Part shown: positions 50,197 through 59,173 of the stretch, in pieces | Position numbering within the stretch: position 1 is the first letter of the stretch | Layout: every line of letters begins with the position of its first letter | DNA from: Polyangiales bacterium | GTDB lineage: Bacteria; Myxococcota_A; Polyangia; Polyangiales; Polyangiaceae | DNA: 64,000 bases | Assembly (NCBI GenBank): GCA_038231275.1 | Contig: JBBRLQ010000010.1 | Coordinates: 96,001 to 160,000, forward strand | Direction of reading: 5' to 3' | Notes under the pieces: generated by a model | What the model was told of the DNA's origin: nothing | Seen by the model: the letters and a program-made list of their open reading frames with translations, nothing else | Database searches by the model: none | Translations under genes and position numbers: made by a program

Positions 50197-51816
50197 TCAG
50201 GGGAACGTGGTGAACAGATCCCCGAGGTCCGTCGCGTTGGCCGCGCCCCTCAGGAACGGCCCGACGCCGAAGATCTCCTGCATCGTGCGCAGCGTGGAGC
50301 TGTGCGAGTACGAGATCGTGTTCGAGTAGCCGTGCCCCTTGGCGTGGGGCGAGAGCACGATCATGCCGATGGGGAAGTCGCCCCCCTCGCTCTCGTCCCA
50401 CGTGACGAACACCGCGCCGCCTTGCGCGTATGAGCTCGACGCGAAGATCTTCGGCAGCTCGTGGGACAGCCACGTGTCGCCGTTCTTCACCGCGTCGCTC
50501 GTCGCGCAGCCGGTCGAGTTGTGCATGTCGTCGCACAGATCCGGCGTGATGAAGTTGTAGCGAGCTACGGTGCCCTGCGCGAGATCGTTCGCGAGCTCGC
50601 TGAACGGGCGCACGTGCTGGATGCACGTCGCCGACGACGACGAGTTCGTGTTCGTCACGTCGTCGAAGAAGACGAAGGGCACGTGCTTCGGCGCGTAGAG
50701 CCCGCTGTTCGTGAGCGGGCACGTCGCGCCGCTGATGCCCTCGGCGTAGGACTTCCAGGAGATGCCGGCCGCGTCGAGCAGCGTGGAGAGGTGGCTCGTC
50801 GTCGACTGATGGTTCGACGACGGGTTGTTGTCGTTCGTGACGCCGAGGTTGCTGCCCGACTCGAGCCAGATGTAGTTCGGCTCGCTGGGGTGAATTCCCG
50901 GCGGGTTCACGTACGCCTCGGTGTGCGAGCCCATCGGCAGGAGGGTCCCGTTGATATAGGGCGCCGATGCACTGCCCTTGATGCTCGACCAGTTGTGGTT
51001 CTCCATGAGGACGATGAACACGGTCTCGATGGCGTGACCGCCGGCGTCGCCGTGACCCGCGTCGCCGTGGCCTGCGTCGCCGTGGCCTGCGTCGATTCCG
51101 CCGCCGTCGTGGCCCCCGTCGGGAACGCCACCGTCGCCCACGTCGCCGCTCAGCGTGCAGCCGAGCCCGAAGCAGAGGTCGAGCACCGCGTGGAGCTCGA
51201 CGCCGTTGGCCGCGCCGCCGCGCTGGCCATGGAGCTTGTCGAAGAAGCCGACGCCGTCGACGCTGATCGGGATGTTCGCCGTCGTGAAGTTGCTGCTCGG
51301 CGTGTACTTGGCGGTGAACGTCGCGCGCGTCTTCGCGATCTCGGCGGCGAACGGGCTGCCGCTCTTCACGCACTTCGGCGAAGGGATCTCGACGTTCATC
51401 GTGTGCTTACCGTCCGAGACGATGAGGTGGATGTCGTTGTCCGCCTCGAGCTTGAACTGCTGCAGCGTCACGTCGGTGAGGCGGAAGACTTGCTCCTCCG
51501 TTGGCGCGATGCGATTCGCCGCGGGGAGCGTCTTCGGCGCAGGGAGCGCGAGGAGCGAGGTGATGGTCGTCGGCTGCGCGATACGGTTCACGATGCCGAC
51601 GTCGGGATCGGTGCCGGTCTTGACGCTCCAGCGCTCGGTGCCGCACCCGCCGACCAGCGCTTCGTCGTCGTCCTCGTCCACGCTCTCGGAGGTGGTGCCG
51701 CCGCAGCCCGCCCAGACTCCGAGCGCACAGCAGAGGAGCACGGACACGGCGACGAGCCATCGCGCGCGCAACGTCTCTGCGACGTCCCATCGGCTAATAA
51801 GGAATGAGCGCTTCAT
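50197..51816 (-). CDS. Exported 'CGxERW' domain + phosphoesterase fusion (start uncertain)
   Basis: CGTERWSVKTGTD domain, (GDAGH)n linker, MENHNW, HPSEPNY, YAPKHVPF, VTWDE. Confidence 0.88.
   Translation of the reverse strand: MKRSFLISRWDVAETLRARWLVAVSVLLCCALGVWAGCGGTTSESVDEDDDEALVGGCGTERWSVKTGTDPDVGIVNRIAQPTTITSLLALPAPKTLPAANRIAPTEEQVFRLTDVTLQQFKLEADNDIHLIVSDGKHTMNVEIPSPKCVKSGSPFAAEIAKTRATFTAKYTPSSNFTTANIPISVDGVGFFDKLHGQRGGAANGVELHAVLDLCFGLGCTLSGDVGDGGVPDGGHDGGGIDAGHGDAGHGDAGHGDAGGHAIETVFIVLMENHNWSSIKGSASAPYINGTLLPMGSHTEAYVNPPGIHPSEPNYIWLESGSNLGVTNDNNPSSNHQSTTSHLSTLLDAAGISWKSYAEGISGATCPLTNSGLYAPKHVPFVFFDDVTNTNSSSSATCIQHVRPFSELANDLAQGTVARYNFITPDLCDDMHNSTGCATSDAVKNGDTWLSHELPKIFASSSYAQGGAVFVTWDESEGGDFPIGMIVLSPHAKGHGYSNTISYSHSSTLRTMQEIFGVGPFLRGAANATDLGDLFTTFP
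51044..51093. repeat. 15-bp tandem repeat x3 encoding GDAGH
   Basis: GCGTCGCCGTG(A/G)CC(C/T) units. Confidence 0.8.
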
Positions 51817-52052
51817 TCGTCGCGAACAGCGGTGTCACGCGACGCGCGGAGTGGCCAATAAAAACGCAGTGTGGGACGGTCGCTTTCCAGCGCAGGCGGA
51901 GCGATGGTTCCAGCGTAAAAATATATGGACACCACACGCACATCGCCCGCGGCGCCAGGTGTCGCGATTTCCTAGTTGGCTGTCGTGAAATGCCAATTAC
52001 GACGTCGGACCGGCGCGCACACGGACGCATGGTGCGATGTCGGATGGCGCCG

Positions 52053-53843
52053 CTACTCGCGCGGCGCGGGCTCGTCCTCGCGCACGCGCATCTCGAGCGC
52101 GCGCGCCATCGTGCGGTCGGCGGCGCTCGCAGCGAGCATGCTGCTCGCGCGCGCGTCGACGCCGTGCGCGCGCGCGAAGGCGAGCCAGAGTCCTGGGAGT
52201 GGCGGGCGGCACCAACAGATCGGTGGTCCCGGCGGGTGCGGACAGACGTTGGCCTCGACGATACGCGCAGTCGCCTCGGCGAGGGATGCCGCGAACGCGC
52301 CCGCCCGCGCCTGCATGGTGTCGTCGCTCCCAGGGAGCCAACCGAAGATCAAGCACGCTGCGTCGGCCGGCGCGCGTCCGATGACCTCGATCGCCGCCGG
52401 CGTCGGCACGAACGCGCGCGCCTCGGGATCGAGCGCACCGAGGGCGATGGCAAGGCCGGGACGCGTTGCATCGTAGGAATGCTCGCGCTCGAACGTGACG
52501 CGCTCGATGGAGGCGAAGCCCTCGTCATCGGCAGGCGGCTCCAGCGCGCGGATCATCCGAAAGAGGGCGTTCGGAGGAATGGCCGCAGGCTCTTTTCGCG
52601 CGAGCACGGACAGCTCTTCGGGCGAAAGCACACGCCCGAAGTGCTCGAGCATTCGCCCGACGACGTTGAGCTGCGCGTCGGCGAGCTTCGTGTCGAACCA
52701 TACGCAGCGCACGACGGCGCCGTGAGCGTGTGCGACGCGAACGACGTCGTTGCGCGACGCGCGGTCCACGTAGGTGTTGTCGAGCACGATGCGCGTCACG
52801 CCGCGCGCGAGGGACGCGTCGAGCCGCTTCGCGATGCCGCGCAGCGTGCCGCCGAGCGTGTCGCGATTCAGGCGCTCGTATCCCTCTGCGACGCGGGCGA
52901 TCGCCGCGCGCGATTTCCCCGCGCCGGGCACGCCCATCATGACGACGACTTCCGCCGACGCCGCGTGGACGACGGGGCGCGCGACCGGACGACGCAGTGC
53001 GCCGAGCGCCGGGAAGCGCGCGTCGAGTCGGGTGAGCTGGTCTTCGCCAAGGAGGAGCCTCGCCGCGGCGACGATGCGCGCGACCGTGGCGGGCCGACGT
53101 GCTCCGACGACGGGCGCGATCGCAGGGCTCGCCGCGAGGAGGTACGCGAGGAGGACGTCGAGCGGCCCTGCGTCGTCGTGCTCCGCCGCGACGTCGACGA
53201 GGACGGAGTCCCGCGATAGCTTCGCCGCGCGCTCCGGTCCGCCGAACGGCGAATGCGCGAGCACGTCGAAACCGCGCGCGACGCAGGCGGCCACGACCCC
53301 GCCGCGCAGCGCCGCGTCGTCATGCGCCCCGAGGGCGACCTGGACCGCGCCGATCGGCGCAGCGCGGGCGGCCTCGTCGAGCTGCGCGCGCGACACGTTC
53401 GACACTCCGACGCGTCGGGCCAGGCCGCGCTCGACCGCGACGCCCAACGCGCGCGCGCTCGTGAGGATGGACCTTCCCGGATCGGGCGCGTGGAGGAGGA
53501 GGAGATCGAGCGGGCGTCCGCCGAGCGCATCGAAGCTCGCGCGCGCGTCGTCGAGGATGGTCGCCGCGCGCCCATCGGGAATCCACGCCGCTGCTTCGCG
53601 CCGCATGCCGCACTTGGTGACGATTTCCGTGCCCGGTCCCGTCTCGGCGAGGACCCGCGCAACGAGTTGCTCGTTGTGCCCCGCGCCGTCCGCATCGGGC
53701 CCGTATGCGCGCGCCGTGTCGAAGCGAACGATTCCTGCCTCCCGTGCGGCCCGGATCGTCGCCTCGGCCACCCCCGGCGCGACATCGGGCGACGAGAGGC
53801 GCATGCACCCGAGGACGATGCGCGCGGCCGGTGGCGAGCCCAA
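52053..53843 (-). CDS. Aldo-keto reductase + PNKP-type P-loop kinase + degenerate HAD fusion
   Basis: AKR: LGCM, FDTARAY, VTKCG, LLHAP, GVSN; kinase: GVPGAGKS, NRDTLG, DNT, EPPADDEGF; C-terminal CPH...CWCRPPLPG. Confidence 0.85.
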   Translation of the reverse strand: MGSPPAARIVLGCMRLSSPDVAPGVAEATIRAAREAGIVRFDTARAYGPDADGAGHNEQLVARVLAETGPGTEIVTKCGMRREAAAWIPDGRAATILDDARASFDALGGRPLDLLLLHAPDPGRSILTSARALGVAVERGLARRVGVSNVSRAQLDEAARAAPIGAVQVALGAHDDAALRGGVVAACVARGFDVLAHSPFGGPERAAKLSRDSVLVDVAAEHDDAGPLDVLLAYLLAASPAIAPVVGARRPATVARIVAAARLLLGEDQLTRLDARFPALGALRRPVARPVVHAASAEVVVMMGVPGAGKSRAAIARVAEGYERLNRDTLGGTLRGIAKRLDASLARGVTRIVLDNTYVDRASRNDVVRVAHAHGAVVRCVWFDTKLADAQLNVVGRMLEHFGRVLSPEELSVLARKEPAAIPPNALFRMIRALEPPADDEGFASIERVTFEREHSYDATRPGLAIALGALDPEARAFVPTPAAIEVIGRAPADAACLIFGWLPGSDDTMQARAGAFAASLAEATARIVEANVCPHPPGPPICWCRPPLPGLWLAFARAHGVDARASSMLAASAADRTMARALEMRVREDEPAPRE

Positions 53844-53912
53844 GGACAGGGCTTTACCACGGCCGAATTTCCCGGACCACTCGGCGCCGTTCCTGAGCTA
53901 TGAGCCTCCCTC

Positions 53913-54617
53913 ATGAGCCCCCGAATCTCCCCCTTGGCACTCCTCTCCCTCGCGTCCGCCGCCTCGATCGCCCTCGCGACGGCGGCGTGCTCGAGCAGCT
54001 CGTCGTCGGGCGCTTCGCCGGGAGACGGCGGCACCACGACGGACGGTTCGGTGGCGGACACGGGATCGGACACGGCGCCGCCGCAAGACTCGGCAACGTC
54101 GGACGGCGGAGTGGACGCCGCGACGCCTTCGGGAAGCGGCACGATCGCCGGCACCGTCGGCGGCACCAGCTTTGGTCAGGTGTACAGCGCCTTTCTGATC
54201 GGGGCGCCCGACGTCGCGACGGACACGGCGCTCTACCTCGTTGGCGCGCAAGGCGTCGCGTGCTCCGACATCGGCAAGTCGGGCTGGTCGCACACCATCG
54301 CGGGCGGCGTTCAGATCTTCGAGATGATCCTCACGACGTCGACGCCCGCCGGCGGCACGTACACGGTGAGCACCGCGACGGCGCCGCCCGCGGGGAGCGC
54401 GGAGGTGAACTACATCCTCTCCGCCCCGACGCGCAACGAGACGCGCGCGACCGGCGGGACGATCACCCTTACGGCGCTGACGCCGGGCGCCTCGGCCGTC
54501 GGCACGTTCAGCGTACAGTTTCCCAGCAACGTCGGGGACGGAGGAGCCGACGCCGGCGCGAACGCGCTCGACGGCACGTTCGCCGCTGCGTTTTGCGCCG
54601 CCGCCCACGAGCCCTGA
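53913..54617 (+). CDS. Hypothetical beta-rich lipoprotein
   Basis: TAAC lipobox, Ser/Asp/Thr linker. Confidence 0.75.
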   Translation: MSPRISPLALLSLASAASIALATAACSSSSSSGASPGDGGTTTDGSVADTGSDTAPPQDSATSDGGVDAATPSGSGTIAGTVGGTSFGQVYSAFLIGAPDVATDTALYLVGAQGVACSDIGKSGWSHTIAGGVQIFEMILTTSTPAGGTYTVSTATAPPAGSAEVNYILSAPTRNETRATGGTITLTALTPGASAVGTFSVQFPSNVGDGGADAGANALDGTFAAAFCAAAHEP

Positions 54618-54644
54618 AGGCCCGCGACCGGCGGCGTGCGAAAA

Positions 54645-55136
54645 TCAGCGCCCCGAGACCTTCGTCGTCACGGTCGCACGTGTCGCGATGTCCGGCGGGA
54701 GCGAAGGCTCGGTGGCGGCCAGCTCGTAGCCCTTTCGGACGAACTCCTTGCGCGCCTCCCAGTCGTCGGGATCGCGACCGGCCGTGGCGAGCCACTCGCT
54801 CTTGAGGCGCTGGTCGATCCCTTCGTTCCAAACCGGGTCGGCGTTGCCGTACTGCACGCGCGCCGCGTGGCCGTAGCGGTAGAAGACCTCCGCCTCGTTC
54901 CAATCGCCGAGGACCCTGGCGGGATTCGCGTGATTGATGTCAGGCAGGTGCTGCTGCCCGGCGGCCTGCTTCACGGTGTCGGTGAGATCCTGGTTCATCT
55001 CGTGGCCGCCGAGGCCGAGATCATGTTTGGTCTGCGACCAGTCGCGCCGCAGCGCATCGCGCGCGCGCTCCCAAGCGCTGCCGTGAACTTGATCGCTCCA
55101 CCAGGACGGACGCCATGACGATAGGGTTGCCATCAT
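54645..55136 (-). CDS. Hypothetical protein
   Basis: Protein-like composition with periodic Trp; sigma54-like motif directly upstream. Confidence 0.75.
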   Translation of the reverse strand: MMATLSSWRPSWWSDQVHGSAWERARDALRRDWSQTKHDLGLGGHEMNQDLTDTVKQAAGQQHLPDINHANPARVLGDWNEAEVFYRYGHAARVQYGNADPVWNEGIDQRLKSEWLATAGRDPDDWEARKEFVRKGYELAATEPSLPPDIATRATVTTKVSGR

Positions 55137-55147
55137 GGACGACAGCT

Positions 55148-55163
55148 AGCGAGTTCCGTGCCA
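55148..55163 (-). promoter_or_regulatory. Putative sigma54 promoter
   Basis: TGGCACGGAACTCGCT, one mismatch to TGGCACG-N4-TTGCW; the -12 GC lies 12 nt before the ATG at 55136. Confidence 0.68.
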
Positions 55164-55255
55164 CGCGCCGACTGGGGAATTCCCAGGTATTTCACGCGTC
55201 GGCCTGCAGCCCGCGCGAGGCGCTTCTGTGAGCGTGAGGCGTGCTGGCGCTCGGC

Positions 55256-56419
55256 TCAGGCGTACTTTGCGGGTGCGAAGCCGGCGCCGCCGGCTTGGGA
55301 TGGTCCACTCGTCAGCTTCGGTCTGCTCCCCTGCAAGGACACTGGCGGCGGCGGCGCTCGGGGCAGGTCGATCGTGAAGACACAGCCCTTGCCCGGAAGG
55401 TCCCGGATGCGGAGATTGCCGCGCACCGCCTCTACGGCCTTCAAGCAGATCGAAAGCCCGAGGCCGAGACCGGTTCGGTCGCGTCCCTTCTGCGTGAACG
55501 GGCGCAAGAGCGACTCCGTCTTGCCGGGAGGGAGGCCGCCGCACTGGTCCTCGACGTCGATGAAGACTCGATCGTCCGTGGTCGTCACGCGCAGCAAGAC
55601 CGTCGTGCCCGGCTGCGTGAACTTGAACGCGTTCTGAAGAAGGTTCGTGAGCGCCGCCGCCAGGATCTGACGATCGGCCTCGACCACGACCTCGGGAGGG
55701 ACGGTCGTGACCGCGAACTGCAGGCCGCGCGTCGCCGCGATCATCGAGGCGCCGATCTCCACCTCCTCGAGGACCTCGCACACGGCGATGCGTTCGAGGT
55801 TCTGCATCCCTGCGTCGAGGCGAACGTCGGCGAGGGACGAGTCGATCAGCGAATGAAGGCGGAGCAGGCTCCGCTCGTGGATCGCGCTGGTGCTTCCGCC
55901 CGGCGCGACGACGCCCTTCTTGATGCTCGAGAACGACATGAGCGCGGTGTTTAGAAGGTTGCGCATCTCGTGGGCGAGGACGCCGAGCCGCTCCGTCCCC
56001 GCGTCCAGGATGGCGCGCTCCCGCTGGCGCGAGTACTCCGTGACCGCGCCCGCGATCGCATCGTCGAGGCACAGGTTGAGCGTCTGGAAGTCGGCAGAGT
56101 GGATCGCGGCGTGCCGATCGACGGCGAGCGCCGTCACGACCTGACAGAGATCGCCGTAGTCGTGGACGACCTGCGCGACGGTTAGGCCTTGGTGGAAGAG
56201 ATCGCCACCGTGCTTGCCGGCGCTGTCGTTGATGTCGGCGTGGTCGAGTTTCTCGCCCGACGACGCCTTGCGCAGGGCCTCGCAGAGTTGCTCGAGGAAG
56301 ATCGGCAACCCGTGCGTGAGCTCCACCTCGGTCGCCACCGGAGCGCTTCGTTTGGCAACGCGCGACATCGCCTTCGCGAGGATCTCCTCCCGATGCTTAA
56401 CGATGAACCCCCTGAGCAT
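55256..56419 (-). CDS. Cytoplasmic sensor histidine kinase with RsbRD_N-like N-terminus
   Basis: HGGDLFHQG..VAQVVHDYGDLCQ, H-box AHEMRN, N-box NLLQNAFKF, DQCGG, GLGLGLSI. Confidence 0.92.
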   Translation of the reverse strand: MLRGFIVKHREEILAKAMSRVAKRSAPVATEVELTHGLPIFLEQLCEALRKASSGEKLDHADINDSAGKHGGDLFHQGLTVAQVVHDYGDLCQVVTALAVDRHAAIHSADFQTLNLCLDDAIAGAVTEYSRQRERAILDAGTERLGVLAHEMRNLLNTALMSFSSIKKGVVAPGGSTSAIHERSLLRLHSLIDSSLADVRLDAGMQNLERIAVCEVLEEVEIGASMIAATRGLQFAVTTVPPEVVVEADRQILAAALTNLLQNAFKFTQPGTTVLLRVTTTDDRVFIDVEDQCGGLPPGKTESLLRPFTQKGRDRTGLGLGLSICLKAVEAVRGNLRIRDLPGKGCVFTIDLPRAPPPPVSLQGSRPKLTSGPSQAGGAGFAPAKYA

Positions 56420-56539
56420 ACGGTCGCATAGTAGGCCGCGCGGCAACGAATACAAGCGACCCCGTGCGCAAGGTGTGCACTCCGAGGCCGCGATCGGCAA
56501 GCCCGCGCATTCGCGAGTGATCCACGGTCGCGCCGGGGA

Positions 56540-56980
56540 TTATTTTCCGCCCGCCAGGCCGAACTTCGCGCGGGCGCGATGGTGCGCGGATTGGACGTTG
56601 AGCACCGCGGTCAGCAGATCGTCCATGTCGAAGGGCTTGCGGAGAATGCCCGCGGCGCCGAGGCGCTCTGCGACCGTTCGAAACGACGGATCGGTGAACG
56701 CGGTGATGAGGATCACCGGCGTCGAGACGTGCGCGCGCCGAAGCGCCGCGAGGACACCGAAGCCCGACAAGTTGGGCATCCGAACGTCGGAGACGATGAG
56801 ATCCGGCATGTCGTCCGGAGACCCGATCGCCGCGTCGAGGCGCTCGAGCACCTGGGCTCCGTCGCCGGCTTCGAGGACCACGTAGTCCCCCTGCCGCAGC
56901 GCCGCGGCGATGAGCGCGCGCAGGTCCTCGTCGTCCTCCGCGACGAGGACGAGACGGCCGCGCTCCGGGGGCGCGCTCAC
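56540..56980 (-). CDS. Single-domain response regulator
   Basis: LVAEDD, SDVRMP, LITAF, KPF. Confidence 0.9.
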   Translation of the reverse strand: MSAPPERGRLVLVAEDDEDLRALIAAALRQGDYVVLEAGDGAQVLERLDAAIGSPDDMPDLIVSDVRMPNLSGFGVLAALRRAHVSTPVILITAFTDPSFRTVAERLGAAGILRKPFDMDDLLTAVLNVQSAHHRARAKFGLAGGK

Positions 56981-57096
56981 TCGGCACCCTTTGCGATCGT
57001 CGTGCTTCCTTGGCGCATGGCGAGCTTCGGCTGCAAGCGCGCGGCCATCGCAACCGGCCGTCACTTCGGGCATCACTCGTGCAGAGGGATGACCAA

Positions 57097-57531
57097 GTGG
57101 TGACGCTTTCACTCAGCGCGGAGCTCGACGGGATTCACGTCCTGCTCGTCGACGACGAGGTACTCAGTCGCGACATGCTCGCCGTCTTCCTCGGCGACGC
57201 GGGCGCGCAAGTGACCGTCGCGGGAAGCGCCGCGGAGGCGCTCGGCGCGTTCGAGCGGACTCCTCCCGACGTGCTCGTCTCCGACATCGGCCTTCCCCTC
57301 GAGGACGGCTACAGTCTCCTCCGCAGCGTCCGCTCCCGCGAGGCGTCATGCGGCGGCAATGTGGTCGCGGTCTCGATGAGCGGTTACGGACGCGACCCGC
57401 AGCAGGTTCGCTTCGATGGACACCTCACGAAGCCCATCGCCGTCCCAGCGCTGGTGACGATGCTGAGGAGGCTCCTGCGCGACCGGGCTGCAGGTCCCGT
57501 GACCCCGAACGACGAGGAGGGATCGAAATGA
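57097..57531 (+). CDS. Single-domain response regulator
   Basis: LLVDDE, SDIGLP, SGY, HLTKP. Confidence 0.88.
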   Translation: MVTLSLSAELDGIHVLLVDDEVLSRDMLAVFLGDAGAQVTVAGSAAEALGAFERTPPDVLVSDIGLPLEDGYSLLRSVRSREASCGGNVVAVSMSGYGRDPQQVRFDGHLTKPIAVPALVTMLRRLLRDRAAGPVTPNDEEGSK

Positions 57532-58013
57532 ACGCGAAGGCGAACGAAGGTGCGAACGCGACGGTGACCTCGAATGCCGCGCACACAGTGGCGGTGATCG
57601 AGGGGTTTTACCGAAGGGAAATGTCGGCCGTGGAGAGCTACGAGCGCGTGTTCGGTGCGGCGTCGTTCGACGGGGTCGCCGACGTCCTCCGGCGTTGCCA
57701 AGCCTCCCATCAGCAGCGTGTCGCGCTCCTTCGCGCGCGCCTCACCGAGCTCTCCGCGATCGTGCCGGAGTCGTCCGGGCCTTGGGGAACGCTCGTCGCC
57801 CTCCTCGAGGAGGCCGCGGCGGCCGTGAGCCCCAAGCTTGCCATCGGGATGCTCGAGGAGGGAGAGGATCACGGCCTCGAGGCCTACCACGCGCACCTCG
57901 CCGCGCTGGCGCCGGAGGATCGGCGCCTCGTCGAAGAGCACCTCCTGCCCGCGCAGCTCGAGACCCATCGCGCGATGAGCAACCTGAAGCAAGCTGTGAC
58001 CGACGGCGCCTGA
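57528..58013 (+). CDS. DUF2383-like ferritin-fold protein
   Basis: AGGAGG RBS, ATGA coupling; EMSAVESY, SSGPWG, LEEGEDHGL. Confidence 0.83.
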   Translation: MNAKANEGANATVTSNAAHTVAVIEGFYRREMSAVESYERVFGAASFDGVADVLRRCQASHQQRVALLRARLTELSAIVPESSGPWGTLVALLEEAAAAVSPKLAIGMLEEGEDHGLEAYHAHLAALAPEDRRLVEEHLLPAQLETHRAMSNLKQAVTDGA

Positions 58014-58084
58014 GCTCCACCGACGCGGCGGGCCCGATTCTTGGAATGGTGCTGGCGAACCGTTTTTAAGAGCGAAGGCCAGCC

Positions 58085-59173
58085 ATGAATCAGGACAACA
58101 CGGGCACAAGCCCCCCTGCGTGGGGCGCAAATGCGCCACGCGGGATCGAAAATGCGTCGGCGACAGCGGCGCATCACAAGCGACGCGTGATGGTGTGTCT
58201 CGACCGATCTCCCCGCGGCGAGGTCGGCATTCCTTTCGCCGGCTTCATGGCGCGCGCGCTCCACGCCGAGCTCACGCTGCTGCATGTCCTCCCCTGGCAG
58301 GCGGACGCCGATCCTGCGACGGTCGACGTCCTCGGCTGGGAGATCTCGCGGCGCGAAGCCGAGCAGTACCTCGCGCGGATGCGCGAGAAGGTAGAAGCCG
58401 GTGAGCTCTCGCCCGAGACCGTTCGCGCCGAGCTCGCCCAAGGTCAACCGGCGGAGCGGGTGCTTTCACTCGAGCGCGAGCTCCAGGCCGATCTCACGGT
58501 CCTGGCGCGTCGCGGCGAGGGCGGCAACACCGGATGGAACCTCGGCGCGACCGCGCAGCGCGTGCTCATGAACGCGTCGGGCTCGGTGCTCATCGTGCCG
58601 TCCGACGGCCCGGCGCCCGCCGTGCCGCCCGCGCGCATCCTGGTGCCGCTCGACGGATCGCAGCGCGCCGAGAGCGTGCTCCCGCTCGTGATCGAAGCGG
58701 CGGCGGAGCAGCACGCGGAGGTCTTCTTGGCCCACGTCGTGAGCGAACCGCGGCGCTCCGGTGTCCTCACCGATGGAGAGGACCTCCGCCTCGCGCGCGA
58801 TCTCGCGACGCGCCTTCAGGCGGGGGCAGAGGCGTACCTGGCCGGTGTCCGCGAGCGGATCCTCGGCGGCCTCGAGCGCGTCCAGGTGCGCGTCCTCCGC
58901 CGCGCGGACACCCGTGAGGCGCTGCTGGACCTGGCGCGCGACGAGAAAATCGAGCTCCTCGTCTTGTCGGCGCACGGCATCACGTGCAACGGCGACCATC
59001 CGTTCGGGAGCGTGACGAGCCACGCGCTGGCGCACGCGACGTTGCCCGTGCTCGTGGTCCAGGACATCCGCAGCGGCAACGGCAACGGTAGGCGCTCCGA
59101 TCGGCCGCCGCCGCGGGTTGTCAGTGACGTCGCGCCGAGGCCTGGCCTCTCCAGCAGGACGGAACTGCGTTGA
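58085..59173 (+). CDS. Universal stress protein with tandem USP domains
   Basis: VMVCLDRS / ILVPLDGS, LGATAQRV, FGSVT, PVLVV. Confidence 0.92.
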   Translation: MNQDNTGTSPPAWGANAPRGIENASATAAHHKRRVMVCLDRSPRGEVGIPFAGFMARALHAELTLLHVLPWQADADPATVDVLGWEISRREAEQYLARMREKVEAGELSPETVRAELAQGQPAERVLSLERELQADLTVLARRGEGGNTGWNLGATAQRVLMNASGSVLIVPSDGPAPAVPPARILVPLDGSQRAESVLPLVIEAAAEQHAEVFLAHVVSEPRRSGVLTDGEDLRLARDLATRLQAGAEAYLAGVRERILGGLERVQVRVLRRADTREALLDLARDEKIELLVLSAHGITCNGDHPFGSVTSHALAHATLPVLVVQDIRSGNGNGRRSDRPPPRVVSDVAPRPGLSSRTELR

